The position numbers were made by a program, and so were the translations under genes. Positions 12,558 through 25,856 of a DNA stretch of 64,000 nt are shown here, piece after piece (position 1 is the stretch's first letter; each line of letters starts with the position of its first letter). Origin of the DNA: Azolla caroliniana (taxonomy: Eukaryota; Plantae; Polypodiophyta); NCBI GenBank assembly GCA_043228905.1, contig JBHGNT010000013.1, positions 12,400,001-12,464,000 on the forward strand, given 5' to 3'. The notes beneath the pieces were generated by a model that saw only the letters and a program-made list of their open reading frames with translations, did no database searches and was not told where the DNA came from.

Positions 12558-13795
12558 CTATTGAGCTTAGTTAGTTAGCTTATTAGCTACCTCTGAATAT
12601 GACCATACCAGAGTAGCTAATTACCTACCACAAAATATGACCATAGTTATAGCTTAATAGCGATTCCCAATAGCTAATTTAGCTATTACTAGCTAATTCG
12701 CTACTAGAATAGTTAATTAACTACCTAAGAATATAGAACATAGCTATTTAGCTACCAATCATAGTTATTTAGCTACCACAATAGCTAATAAGTTGCCTAT
12801 AACAATAGCTAATTAGCTACCAGACTAGTTAATTAGTTGCTTATGACTATAGTTAATTAGCTACCAGAATAGCTAATCCCCTACCAGAAAAGCTAATTAG
12901 CTACCTAAGAATATGAGCATAGCTATTTAGGTACCAGAATAGCTAATTAACTTTGTATGACTATAGCTAATTAGCTACCAAAATAGCTACTTTAGTTATT
13001 ACCAGCTAATTAGCTACTAGGATAGCTAATTAGCTACCAAAATAGCTAAATAGCTACCAATCATAGCAAATTAGCTAGCACTCACAACTAATTAGCTACA
13101 AGAATAGCTAATTAGTTGCCTATGACTATAACTATTTCGCTACCATAATAGCTAATTAGTTACCTAAGAATATGAGCCTAGCTATTTAGCTACCTGAATA
13201 ACTAATTAGCTAGCACTCACAACTAATTAGCTATTCTGCTAATTAGCTGCCTCTGACTATAACTATTTCGCTACCATAATAGCTAATTAGTTACCTAAGA
13301 ATATGAGCATAGCTATTTAGTTACCAGAATAACTAATTAGCTAACTCGTTAATTAGTTGCATATGACTATAGCTAATTAGTTGTCATGATAACTAATTAG
13401 CTATTCACAATAGCGAATTTAGCTATTACCAACTAGGATAGCTAATTAGCTACCAATCATAGCTATTTAGCTACCAGAATAGCTAATTAGCTGCGTATGA
13501 CTATAGCTAATTAGCTACCAGATTAGCTAACTAACTATTCTCAATAGTTAATTTAGGTATTACCAGCTAATGAGCTACTAGGATAGCTAATTAGCTACCG
13601 GAATCGCGAATTAGTTGCCTACGACAATTAGCTACCACTTAGCTAACTAGCTATTCCCAATAGCTAATTTAGCTATTACCAGCTAATTAGCTACCAAAAT
13701 AGCTAATTAGCTATCAATCCTAGCTATTTAGCTACTAGAATAGCTTATTAGCTGCTATAACAGGTTTGGAGCATAACTAATAAGCTAATTAGTAT
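12558..13795. repeat. Satellite built on the palindrome TAGCTAATTAGCTA
   Basis: Dozens of degenerate copies of TAGCTAATTAGCTA with variable short spacers. Confidence 0.95.
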
Positions 13796-14161
13796 GTCCA
13801 TTTTATTAAGTAGGTTGATTTATTTATTAGGTTCATGCGAATGCATCCAAATATCAAAGTTCAACTACGAACATTCGAGCCTCTTAAGCCACACTTTGTG
13901 AGATGCTTGAAGGATTGATACACATGTTGCATTTACCATGTACAAATGGGTTTTCTCAAGGACTCTATTAATCTATTACGTCACCATAGCGCCTCCCTAA
14001 CTAATGCAGTTTGCACTTGTGAGTGCCCAATTTGTCAATCGAGCCCGCAAGAGCATTGTAAATCATCTGAGCATGTTACCTCTTCCATGAGTTGTCTTTT
14101 GGATTCAATATTGTGACTGAGAGAAACTCAGGCTATCTTCCACAATCATAAATTTGTCTAG

Positions 14162-14609
14162 CAATGGGGCGGTTCGGTTTCGGTTTGGTTCGATTTGCTG
14201 GCCTTGAAACCAAACCAAACCATTTATTTATATTAAAAACCAAACCAAATTGTTTAAATTTTATGAAGCCATTTAAACCAAACCGTTTATGAAAAATTTA
14301 GAACCAAACCAAATCGGTTTATCATAAATAAAAACCAAACCCAATTTATAAACCTTTAAACCTTCAAAATTTTTAAACCTTTAAACCTTTAAACCAAACC
14401 ACATAAGTTGAAACCGCTAAACTGGGAAATCGTGAAATTCAAAACCAAACCGAACCAAAACCGATAAACTACTAAACCATGAAATTCAAAACCAAACCGG
14501 ATCATAATATTTGAAACCAAACCAAACGGTTTATTTATCTTTGAGCCAATAAACCGTTAAGCCATGGCTTAACGATTCGGTTCGGTTTGAGCCGAAACCG
14601 TGCCCATTG
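14162..14609. mobile_element. MITE-like (hAT-type) non-autonomous insertion
   Basis: Termini CAATGGG...CCCATTG with many AAACCGAACC/AAACCAAACC motifs. Interrupts the transposase frame. No clear TSD. Confidence 0.6.
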
Positions 14610-15473
14610 GTTTATGTCAAGATTGTGGCCCTAGTAGATTTAGGTGGTGTCCAAATGAATTGCGTAGTGAAATATTAATCTTTGTCAAGTTATTTGAGTC
14701 AGTTGACACCAATTTCAAAGGAAAGGTGTGTAAAAGAAAGGATCTAGTTAGAAAGTCACTTAAACCAAGGGATTTGGCGTCTCTATTTGTAGTATCTCTA
14801 GGAAATTTCATTCACCGCAACTACATTTATTCATGGCAAGCTCATCAGTTTAAAACTTGCATATCTGATTTTCCAAATGATGTAGTAGTTTCAGTAGTAG
14901 ATTTCGCAAAGAATTATACTTTCAAGCAACAGAATGAAATTCAATCATGCATTGGTGTTCAGTGCAGGTAACCATTTTTGTGCACATAACATATTTTGAA
15001 GTTTTAGGTGATGTTAAAAAAGTAATTCATTTTTTTATTTCTGATGATAAGAAGCATGATACCTTGTTCGTTCAACACAGTTTTAACTTACATTGGCAAT
15101 GGTTATTAGCTAAATGTTTGGAGCTTACCCAACATTGGGTTTGGTTTGACGGAGCTACGTCACAATTCAAGGCTAGACGTCCATTTTATTTTGTGGGGAG
15201 GTATCCTACTATAATAGGTTTGGAGATGAGATGGATTTTTTTTGGGTCTGGCCATGGTAAAGGTGAACATGATGGTGCAGGTGTTATTATACAGCGGGCA
15301 TTTACCCATGAACAACTAAAGGCAGATGGTGTGTAGATGAATTGTGCAGCAAATGTAATTGAATTTTTAAGAGCTAATATGCAACGAGTGCAACTGGTGT
15401 TTATTCCTCGCAGGTCCGAGATATCAAACGTGAACTTTGGGAAATGAAGATAGATGAAGTAAATTGGGAGAAG

Positions 15474-15753
15474 TGTCGAGTAATACGCGGAATAATCTCC
15501 GGCAACAACCGAAGGGAAATCACTTGATACAATCGAACACAGAAGAAATGGGAATGGAGGTAAGTGCATGAACAAACAAAAGAGAATACACAGGATATTA
15601 ACGTGGAAAACCCTGAGAGGGAAATATCACGGGAGTCCACAGACTCCAAACTATCACTATGTAAAGTAATACAATAGGGCGCATAGAGGCAACGACCTCT
15701 TGCTCACAATCTTCGCCTCACAGCGGTTACAACAAAGACACAATCTCTGTATG

Positions 15754-15788
<35 letters not shown>

Positions 15789-16085
15789 CACTGTACAGAG
15801 GTTACACCAACAACACTATCATCATCGTTATTAAGTTTGCCCTAGGTCATATTTATACTAATATGACTTTCGGGCTATTTACAAATATAGCCCCAGTGGG
15901 CTCTCTGGAACATATTTACATATATGTCCCTTCCATCCGATGGGAGGTTCTCACTAGGCCTGCAACATCCGGTTCTCACCGGGTCTTTCGTTGCCGGGTA
16001 CGCCACATCCGGATTCGGCCTTGGTCGAGTTGCTCATCAACACGGTTCTTCTCACTTCCCATCCGGAGGGACCTGTTTCCTAACA
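15474..16085 (-). mobile_element. Copia solo LTR in the transposase
   Basis: TGTCGAG...CCTAACA with TSD AGAAG (15469-15473 and 16086-16090). Homologous to LTRs 29190-30037 and 34104-34804. Confidence 0.92.
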
Positions 16086-16799
16086 AGAAGACCTGGGAGT
16101 GCCAAGGAATTCCCGAATTGCGATCTCTCCATGTTGTTCGCGGTTATTCTAGGTTGGATGGTCAATGTATTGCAGTTAGAGAATTAACTTGGTCTTGCTT
16201 CCATTGTGTGCAGGGAAATTGGAGGTATTGTTTAAACAAAACATATATTCAAAATTGGGAGTATCATACATTGAATGATAAGGAAGCAGTTGATGGAGAA
16301 ACAGAAAAGAATGTTGACTTCACATATCAAGGACGTGGATATACTCTGAGTGATGTCTTAAGTGTTGATTTCTATATATTGAAGTGCCCGATTAGTAAAC
16401 AGTGTGCAACGCAGAATATTGTAGATGCTTGGGGAAATTTTGTATCTACTAGGACATTCTACATCAAAGGTATTTTTTATGCAAGACTAGATGATTACGA
16501 TTATGTGTATACGCTACTTTGTTGTTAAAAACACGTATTTTACACATAGAGTACGTTTTAGAATACCCACACGTATTCTAAACGTATTCTACCTTTTGGA
16601 ACTGTCAATTTTTTATAAGCCTAAATTTGTAAATAATTAAAAAAATACTTTTCTAGGGCTTTTTTTAGTAGTGAAATAAGAAAAAGTAAACAATTGGGGT
16701 TTTTTGTTATGACTCACAAGTGTCTTCATTTTGTAGGTTAAAGGTTTTTACGTAGGTCTTTAGAAGCAACCTGTAGGAAGCAAGCATTATTTTAGTTCA

Positions 16800-18310
16800 T
16801 TTTCAAAGGTAATTTTGTCATAATATATGTGCATGTATGAATTATTTTGGTCTGTTTATGCCCAAATGAAATCTGGATTAAATTTTGTTTAGAGGGTCTC
16901 AAAATTGAAAATATTTCAGAAAATTCAGAAAACTCTAAAATAGATTTGAAATTTTCTATGAAATCTAGATTAAGTAACATGCATTATTGAGAAAGAGGGC
17001 TGAAATTCAAAATTCCATTATGTGATGACTTCCTCGTATATTAATTAACTTATTAAGTAACATATAGGGAGATGATATTAAAGTAATTACCATAGAATAA
17101 CATGCATATTACATATGCATGTTTGAAATCCGAATGATTTATTTGTGGTTATGCCCAAATGCAAGTGGATTAAATATATGTCTTGAGAGTATCTAAGTAT
17201 TTATGCTCAAGATTTTAGAAAATACTCTGAAATAAATTTGAAATTTTTTAATTTTCTATAGAATCTAGATTAAGAAAAATACATTATTGAGAAAGAGGGT
17301 TGAAATTCAAATATCTATTTTGTGATGACTTGCCCATATAGTTAATTAACTTATTAACTAACATATAGGGAGATGATATTAAAGTAATTACTATAGAATA
17401 GCATGCATATTACATAAGCATGTTTGAAATTTGAATGATTTATCATTTATGTGTGCTTATACCCAAATGCAAGTGGATTTAATATATATCTTGAGAGTAT
17501 CTAAGTATTTATGCTCAAGATTTTAAAAAATACTCTGAAATAGATTTGAAATTTACTATAGAATTGATTAAGTAGAATATATAATTGAGAAAGAGGGTTG
17601 GAATTTCCATTATGTGATGACTTTCCCGTATAGTTAATTAACTTATTAAGTAACGTATATGGAGATGATATTAAAGTAATTACCATAAAATAGTAACATA
17701 CAAATGCATGTTTGAAATTTGAATGATTTCTGTGTTTATGTCCAAATTCAAGTGGATTAAAATCTAATTGAGAAAGAGGGTTGAAATTTTCGTTATGTGA
17801 TGACTTTCCTGTATAGTTAATTAACTCATTAAGTAACATATAGGGAGACGATATTAGTAATTATTATAGAGTTGTAACATACATACGTATGTTTGAATTA
17901 TTTCTCTGTGTTTATGCCCAATGCAAGTGGATTAAAATTTGGTTTGAGGGTCTCGAGGTTGTTTATGCCCAATATTTTAGAAAAAACTCTGAAATAGAGG
18001 TGAAATTTTCGTATTTTCTTCAAAAATACCACTAATGAAACCCCGAAGGATAGAAAATGGCACCTTGTGAGGGGGATCACTTGCGCTTTTAGTCAAAGTA
18101 GTTTATCTAATTGAGAAAGAGGGTTGAAATTTCGATATAATTCAATGTGACATTGTGGATTCATGAATAATTTATGGCTAAAATCATATGTTTTAATCAT
18201 ATACACCATGACATTGTGGATTCATGAATAATTTATGGTTTAAATCATATACATTATGACATTGTGGATTCAATGTTCATGAATAATTTATAGTTAAAAT
18301 CATACGTTTA
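16800..18310. repeat. AT-rich tandem repeats (about 180-300-bp units, then about 3 short GACATTGTGGATTCATGAATAATTTATG units)
   Basis: ATTGAGAAAGAGGGTTGAAATT...GTGATGACTT...GTTAATTAACTTATTAAG recurs at about 16986, 17286, 17583, 17767 and 18110. Confidence 0.85.
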
Positions 18311-19139
18311 AATGATATACAAGTGGAGAGATTAGTATATGTTAGAGAAAACTTAATGCTTGTTCAGAGCTTTCAAACTCATGTTGGTCTTCCAATGCAG
18401 GTCTTCATCTTTCTTATTCATACTTGACATTTGACGTTTAGAGTCTAGACAAGTCATTTATAGGTTAATTAACGAGCCTCGTTAATTGGTTATGGTTTTA
18501 AAATTATGAATCATGATCATGGTACTAGAATATTATTTGATTTAGGTGAATCCAGATGAGATAGACATTGACAAGACTCCTAAAATGCCTCCATCAACAA
18601 CTGATATTGACACTCAAGTCGCACAAACATATTTTGAGGAAGCAAAGGCTATGCATATTGGTCGGGTTACTCGGAGTAGATTTAAGTTTGCCACTATGAT
18701 AGTGGATGAAGGACTAGTAGGTTCAAGTTTTAGCACTATTAGAGGAGGTCATGTTCGTAGTCATGCTTGTGTGAGAGTTTCAAGTACAAGAAGGGTACTT
18801 ACTCGACAAGCTATAAATATTCCTTGCAATGCTGAATATGGTAATGATGATGGAGAACAAGAGGATGAAGACATTGACAATGCCACAATTGATTCATCTT
18901 CTGAGAGTGATTATGTGGAAAACTATGATGATACAACAATTGAATCCTTGAATGATGATGTAGAAGAGGAAATATCATCGAAAATAGAATGGAGATAATT
19001 TATTACTTGTTTTTACATATTTATTTGAATTAGAGAACCAATAACTATGAGTACGAAGAAATTCTAACTTCTAAATTAGTAAATTCTAATACTGTTTTGA
19101 TCACTCATTCATTTTCCACGATTGCTGCTTGTGACCATA

Positions 19140-19877
19140 GTGTAGCTAATTAGTTACATTTTTGCTAATTAGGTAAGCCGTATAAAGTGTGCAAACTATT
19201 TAGCTATTATGGTTGTAGTGTAGTAGCTAATTAGCTAACATGTAGTCAATTAGCTACGTGGTAGCTAATTAGCTAAATATGGTGCTAGCTAATTAGCTAC
19301 TATAGCTAAAGTATGGTAGTAGCTAATTAGCTACCACTTAGCAAATTAGCTACTGTACTAAACTATGATAGTAGCTAATTAGCTACTGTACTAAACTATG
19401 GTATTAGCTAATTAGCTACTATACTAAACTATGGTATTAGCTAATTAGCTATTGTACTAAACTATGGTAGTTGCTAATTAGCTATTGTACTAAACTATGG
19501 TAGTTGCTAATTAGCTATTGTACTAAAGTATGGTAGTAGCTAATTAGCTACTGTACTAAACTATGGTATTAGCTAATTAGCTACTGTACTAAACTATGAT
19601 AGTAGCTAATTAGCTACCACTTAGCTAATTAGCTAGTGTACTAAACTATGGTATTAGCTAATTAGCTATTGTACTAAACTATGGTAGTTGCTAATTAGCT
19701 ATTGTACTAAACTATGGTAGTTGCTAATTAGCTATTGTACTAAAGTATGGTAGTAGCTAATTAGCCACTGTACTAAACTATTGTAGTAGCTAATTAACTA
19801 CCACTTACCTAATTAGCTACTCAGCTAAAGTACTAAAGTATGGTAGTTGCTAATTAGCTATTGCACTAAAGTATGGT
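19140..19877. repeat. 33-bp tandem satellite containing TAGCTAATTAGCTA
   Basis: Unit GTACTAAACTATGGTA(T/G)TAGCTAATTAGCTA(C/T)T with period 33. Confidence 0.95.
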
Positions 19878-22781
19878 GGAGGAGAATACCGGGGTCAGTT
19901 CGAGGAGTATTGTCGGTCGAAGGGAATCCGGCTCGAATTTAACGTGCCGAAGACGCTGGAACTAAACGGGTTGGCCGAAAGTATGAACCGGACAATAATG
20001 GAGAGAGTCCGGAGCATGCTCGCACATGCCAAGTTACCCAAGACGTTTTGGGCTGAGGCATTGATGACGACGACCTATGTGATAAACAAATCACCCTCAG
20101 TACCCTTGGGAGGAGACTCACCTTAAAAAGTATGGACCGATAAAGACGTGTCTTATCGGCATCTGAATGTGTTCGGGTGTCTCGCATATGTTCATGTAGC
20201 AAAGAACAAGAGAGCAAAGCTGAATCCAAAGTCCAGGCCATGCATATTCCTTGGATACGACAATGATGAGTTCAGTTACCGGGTGTGGAATTTGGTCAAC
20301 AAGAAGGTGTTCTAGAGTCGAGACATAGTCTTCATGGAAGAAAGGACCATTGCTGAGTAGGAGTCGGAGACGAAGGTGATAAACTTTGGATCATCCAATG
20401 AAAACCAGTTTGAGGACACAAGGACATACCCGGTTGAAAACCGGATGTTAGTTGGTAACCGGATGACACTCGACGAACCGGCCGGATACGGACAAGAAAC
20501 CGAACCGACCGAAGAAGAAGAAGAAGAAGACATCGGAACCGGACAAGATCCTGAATCGGATTCAGATGAGCAACAAATGGAGGAACCGGTAGTCAGAAAC
20601 CAAGGATAGAGATATCCTCTCCAAGAGAAAAGAGCCCCCCGAAGATTTTCGGATACAAAGCATGTGTTGCTAACCAATGAGGGGGAGCCGGAAAGCTTCG
20701 AAGAAGCAAAGAGAGAAACCCACAACCGCAAGTGGTTAAGTGCCATGTAGGATGAGACGGATTCCCTGCATGAGAACCACACGTATGAACTAACAGAGTT
20801 GCCAAAAGGGAAGAGATCACTCCGGAACAAGTGGGTGTACAAGCTGAAACCGGGAGACTCCGGAAATCCACCAAGGTACAAAGCCTGGATCGTGGTGAAG
20901 GGCTTCCAACAGAAGAAAGGAGTGGATTTCGATGAGATCTTTGCCCCAGTAGTAAAGATGACATCCATCCAAACGGTACTGGGCATAGCGGCAAGCATGG
21001 ACCTCGAGGTAGAGCAACTGGATGTCAAGACGGCATTCCTACATGGCGACCTTGAAGATGAGATCTACATGCATCAACCGGAAGTATTTGAGAAGAAAGG
21101 GAAGGAGCACCTAGTGTGCCGACTGAAGAAGAGCTTATATGGGTTGAAGCAAGCTCCCCGACAATGGTACCAGAAGTTAGACTCCTTCATGACCGACCAA
21201 GGGTACCACAAAACGTAGGCCCACCACTACGTGTTTGTGAAAAAATTTGACGGAAGAGGTTTCTTGATACTCCTATATGTGGATGATGTGCTGATCGTCG
21301 AACGAGACCAAGTCAAGATACGAATGCTGAAGAAGGCTCTGAGTTGGACCTTCTCAATGAAAGACTTGGGGCCGGCAAGATAGATATTGGGAATGCACAT
21401 CATCCGGGACCGGCCGAAGAAGTTGTTGTGGTTGTCATAGGAGAAGTACGTGACAAAGGTGCTTCAATGGTTCAACATGTCGAAGGCAAAGCCGGTCGGA
21501 TCTACACTTTCAGCAAACTGCAAGTTATCCGGAAAACAAAGTCCGAGGATAAAGGCGGAGAAGAAGGATATGATAAAGATACCATATGCCTCTACCGTCG
21601 GAAGCCTAATGTACACGATGGTATGTACTAGGCCGAATATCGGATATGCATTCGGAGTTGTGTGGTTCATGAGCAATCCTAGAAGAGAGCACTTGAACGC
21701 GGTCAAGTGGATATTCCGGTATCTGAAAGGCACCTCGAGTATGTGCCTCTAGTTTAGCTTCTGTAAACCCCAACTTCATGGATTCACGGATTTGGATATG
21801 TGGGCTGATGCGGATACCGGCCAGTCTACATCCGGATATGTCATGACTTATGAAGGGGGAGCTGTTTCGTGGTAGTCGAGGCTGCAAAAGACAGTTGCGT
21901 TGTCAACCACGGCGGTGGAGTACATGGCAGCTATAGAAGCCGACAAGGAGATAATCTGGATGAAGGACTTCATCGGAGTGCTAGGGATCCAACAGGAGGA
22001 ATACCGGCTCTACTACGATAGTCAAAGTGTCATCCACCTTGCAAAGAACATGGCCTACCATTCCCGGACGAAACATATCCAGTGGAGGTACCACTAGATC
22101 CGGGAGAGAGTAGAAGATCAAGAGTTCGTGCTAACGAAGATCCACACGGAGGAGAACAGGTCAGATATGTTGACCAAGGTGCTAACAACCAACAAGTTGA
22201 ATGCGTGCTGAAAGCGGATTAGGCTGACGAGACATCCCATGATGGAGTGAACGGGGAGATTGTCGGGAAATCAGTCCCTCCGGATGGGATCCGGTGTTGA
22301 ATGAAGAGGACCTGGTGAGAACCGGATGAGAAGACATATTTGTAAATATGTTTTTGAGTAAGCCTATTGAGGCTATATTTTTAAATAGCCCTAAGTTCAT
22401 ATAATTATAAATATGGCTTAGGGCAATCACTTTATGTGTTAGTCAGATTGTTGGATGTGCATAACTGTTGTAAAGAGAGTGTGAGAAAGAGAGATACAAA
22501 GGGATACTTTGTTATAACCGCCAGCTGGCGAAGATACAGAGCTCGAGAACATTGCCTCTGAGTTTCTAAGTGTACCCTCTCTCTTCATAGTGTTAGTTTG
22601 GAGTCTGTGGGCTCTCGTGGTTTTTCCCTATTAGGGTTTTCCATGTAAACATCATGTGTACTCTCCATTCCTTGTGTGGGTACGTGCGTTCTCTCCCCAT
22701 TTCCCATTTCTGTGTTTCATCCTTAAACGAAGTGTTTCATTACTCAGTTGTGGCCAACAATATTCCGCGTTATTCCCTACA
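19878..22781 (+). mobile_element. pol: 5'-truncated Ty1/copia (Tnt1/Tto1-like): INT-RT-RH pseudogene, PPT, 3' LTR 22261-22781
   Basis: GGEY...AESMNRT, QLDVKTAFLHGDLE, LKKSLYGLKQAPRQWY, YVDD, HSRTKHI. PPT GGGGAGAT precedes TGTCGGGAAA...CCCTACA. Confidence 0.92.
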
Positions 22782-25627
22782 GAAATATGTCAAGGAAATC
22801 CTCGTGTGTTCGTGAAATGAAGCAGAACCACCGGGGTTTTGGACCAGAAGGATTCAATGTTTTCAGCAGCGTAAACGAGAAAGTATTGAAGATAGATATA
22901 GATAGATAGATGGAGGGAGAAGGAGATTAAACCCTTGACTTTAATTTTACGAGACAAGATACATCACCATTACGATAACTCAGATCTTTGATTAAAAGTT
23001 TTTCCTTATATCACTTACCTCCCCTTACACAAGCCTTACGAGGGTTTTTATAGTTCTATCCATGCTTCAAACATGCACAAAACCATGGGCTTGGACCCAT
23101 GGTTTTTGGGCACACGGTTTTTCTTGTGGCATGCACAAAACCATGGTTTTGTGCACACGGTTTTGTATATTTGTTTCCTATGGAATATTGAATATGACAA
23201 GGAAATATACAAAATCTAGAGCACTTGGTGGTAGCTTTAGTGGTAAGTTAATTTCCTCCTATCTTGGAGGTGCAAGGTTTAAGCCTTGCTTGCACCCCTC
23301 TATATGCACTCAAATGTTACTAGGCTTTAGTCTTATTTTTATATTTACAAATGTTTGAGTGCACATCACACGTGCACATGTTTAACTTTACATCTAGCTT
23401 TTCTTTTACGGTTCTCAATTCAGTCCTATTTACAACATGCTAGCATATGCGTGTGGCCTTCACCCCATTCACATGTGCACATTGGACCTTCTCGATTTCA
23501 TTCATTGCACACAATTTTCACACCGTTGGCGGAAATCTTCACGACATCCACCCCCACCTAACCGCACGTCTTCTGGTACGTGCTAAGAAGAGAGAGTGAG
23601 ATTTCGGCTACGGTGATTATTAGGATTCCTCCATTTCGAGCATGTCCATTCCCTTCACTCGAACCATTGTCACCACCCAATCCACCATATCATTTGCTCA
23701 TTCTTTGCTTTACCATGTCTAGTTGTCATGGCCCCTTGTTCTCCTTCCGAGCATAACCGTTTAGGCTTGATGCATGTTCCACCTTTGTCCTAATCGTCTC
23801 CTTGTTCAAGGTACTTTGACCCGTCACCATTTTTGTTTTGTGTCTTTCTCCCCAAGCCTTTATCTGAATAATGACATTGACTACCCCATGTAGTACCTGT
23901 TGGGAAATCGGTCCCTCCGGATGGGATCCAATGATGAATGAAGAGGACCCGGTGAGAATCGGAAGAGAAGACATATTTGTAAATATGTTTTGAGTAAGCC
24001 TATTGAGGCTATATTTGTAAATAGCCCTAACTTGATATAAGTATAAATATGACTTAGGGGAATCACTTTAGTAGTGTGTTCTTGTCATATCGTGGTATGT
24101 GTATAATTGTTGTATAGTGACAAAGAGAGAGAGAGAGAGTGTGTGTGTGTGTGAGTAGCTACCAACACTTTCTGTTGTAACCGCAGTCTAGCGAAGATCG
24201 CGAGCATGAGGTCGTTGCCTCTGTGTTTCCACGTTGTATTTCCTCTCATATAATGATAGTTCGGAGTCTGTGGGCTCCCGTGGTTTTTTTCCCGATTAGG
24301 GTTTTCCACGCAAACATCTTGTGTACTCTCTACTGTGTACGTGTGCTCTCTCCCCATTTCCCATTTTTGTGTTTGATTCTCATTGAAGTAATTGAAGACT
24401 CGATTGTGGCTGAGCAATATTCCACATTATTTCCTACAAACTGGTATCAGAGCGAACAACACAGGAAATGGAAGAATCATTCGACAGTATGTTCAAGCTC
24501 ACCGGCTCCAAGTACTTAGTGTGGAAGTCGAAGATGAGGGATATCCTGGTGGTTAAAGATCTTTGGTTGCCTGTTGAGTTCGGGGACAAGAGACTGGATA
24601 AGATCAACGCCATAGTGTGGGAGGTGATGCACATGAAGAAGACGGCATGCATCTTGTGCTTCATCGACATGAGTCTGTACAACAACTTCAATGCAGAAAG
24701 TAAGGCTCATGAACTCTGGGAGAAGATCGACATCATGTTCCAGAACAAGAATGTCGTTAATTGGGTTTCGGTATTTCGAAAGCTAGTGAGGCTCCGGTAC
24801 CAGCATGGCTCCAGTATGGCGGAGCACAAGAATGCCTTCCAGGGACTAATCCACTAGGCAACCTCGTTGGAAGTACCTCTCGCCGATGAGGTACTCGCAT
24901 TACTCTGGCTCGGCTCCCTCTCGGATAGTTGGGAGACGCTAGTTGTCACGTTCGGCAACGCCGGGTCGGAAGGAAAGCAATTGTCCCTAGCAAGAGTAAA
25001 ATCAAGTTTGTTAAATGAAGAAGCTCGCCGGAAGGACCGGGAGTCTGGAACCAATCTGAAGGCCTTGGTCATGGAAGATGACCACAACTGGGGAAGAGGT
25101 TGGTATCAGAGTCCCCAAAACTGGAACAAGTCGGGGACGAGGTCGAAGTCAAGGGGGAGGCCTACTTGCTTCTACTGTGGGAAGCCAAGGCACTTCTAGA
25201 AGAACTGTCGGCATTTCCCAAAAGAGAAAGAAACTGGCACCACCGATTCGAAGAAGACTTCGGAACGAAACGGTTCAGACCGGAGAGGCCTAGATCGGAA
25301 AGGAACGTTGACGATCGCGACAAGTGAAGAAGAACTGATGCTCATTACCGAGGAGAATGAGTTAAACCTTGTCGGTGACGAGACAACATGGGTTGTCGAT
25401 TCCGGAGCGTTGTTCCACTTGACACCGGACCGGAGGTGCTTCTCATCCTACGCAGTCGGAGATCACGGGTGTGCCTGGATGGGGAATGAAGGTACATGCC
25501 GAATTGTCAGCATAGGAGATGTGTTGTTGACGACATCAACCGGATGCAAGTTGCTGCTGAAGGATGTCCAACACGTTCGGGAGGTTTGATTGAACCTGAT
25601 ATCAGTCGATCAGCTAGATGATGAAGG

Positions 25628-25856
25628 TGACGCGAACTCAACGCTCCTTATGCACAACGCTCGGCCACAACCAAGCTCTCCGTAGCCGGGTACTCCTCAT
25701 CCGGTTCTCACCGGGTCTGCACCATACGGCTCTCCGTAGCCGGGTACTCCTCATCCGGTTCTCACCGGGTTTGCACCATCTGGCTCTCCATAGCCAGGTA
25801 CTCCTCATCCGGTTCTCACCGGGTCTGCACCATCCGGAGGGACCTGTCTCCCAATA
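25628..25856 (-). mobile_element. Internally deleted copia solo LTR (229 bp)
   Basis: TGACGCG...CCCAATA with TSD GAAGG. Same subfamily as 37909-38655. Confidence 0.88.

Larger units (their letters stand above)
8736..16528 (+). pseudogene. Sola2-like DDD transposase, two exons (8736-9527; 13814-16528), disrupted by stops and insertions
   Basis: Exon 2 motifs FMRMHPNIKVQLRTFEPLKP...TCCIYH, VVDFAKNYTF.QQNEIQS, ISDDKKHD, WFDGATSQFK, FFGSGHGKGEHDGAG, IPELRSLH...RELTWSCFHC...CLN. GT donor at 9528, AG acceptor at 13813. Superfamily assigned from recalled motifs only. Confidence 0.68.

Noticed and set aside
15863-16528. Independent 221-aa gene
   Set aside because: Chimera of solo-LTR sequence read into the transposase C-terminus.
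18546-18998. Acidic 150-aa ORF, possibly an exon of a second transposon gene
   Set aside because: No recognisable domain or ATG start; cannot be supported from sequence alone.
19140-19877. Regular short palindromic repeats resembling a CRISPR array (also 29660-29990 and 7912-8595)
   Set aside because: No unique spacers, no cas genes, eukaryotic TE context; these are tandem repeats.
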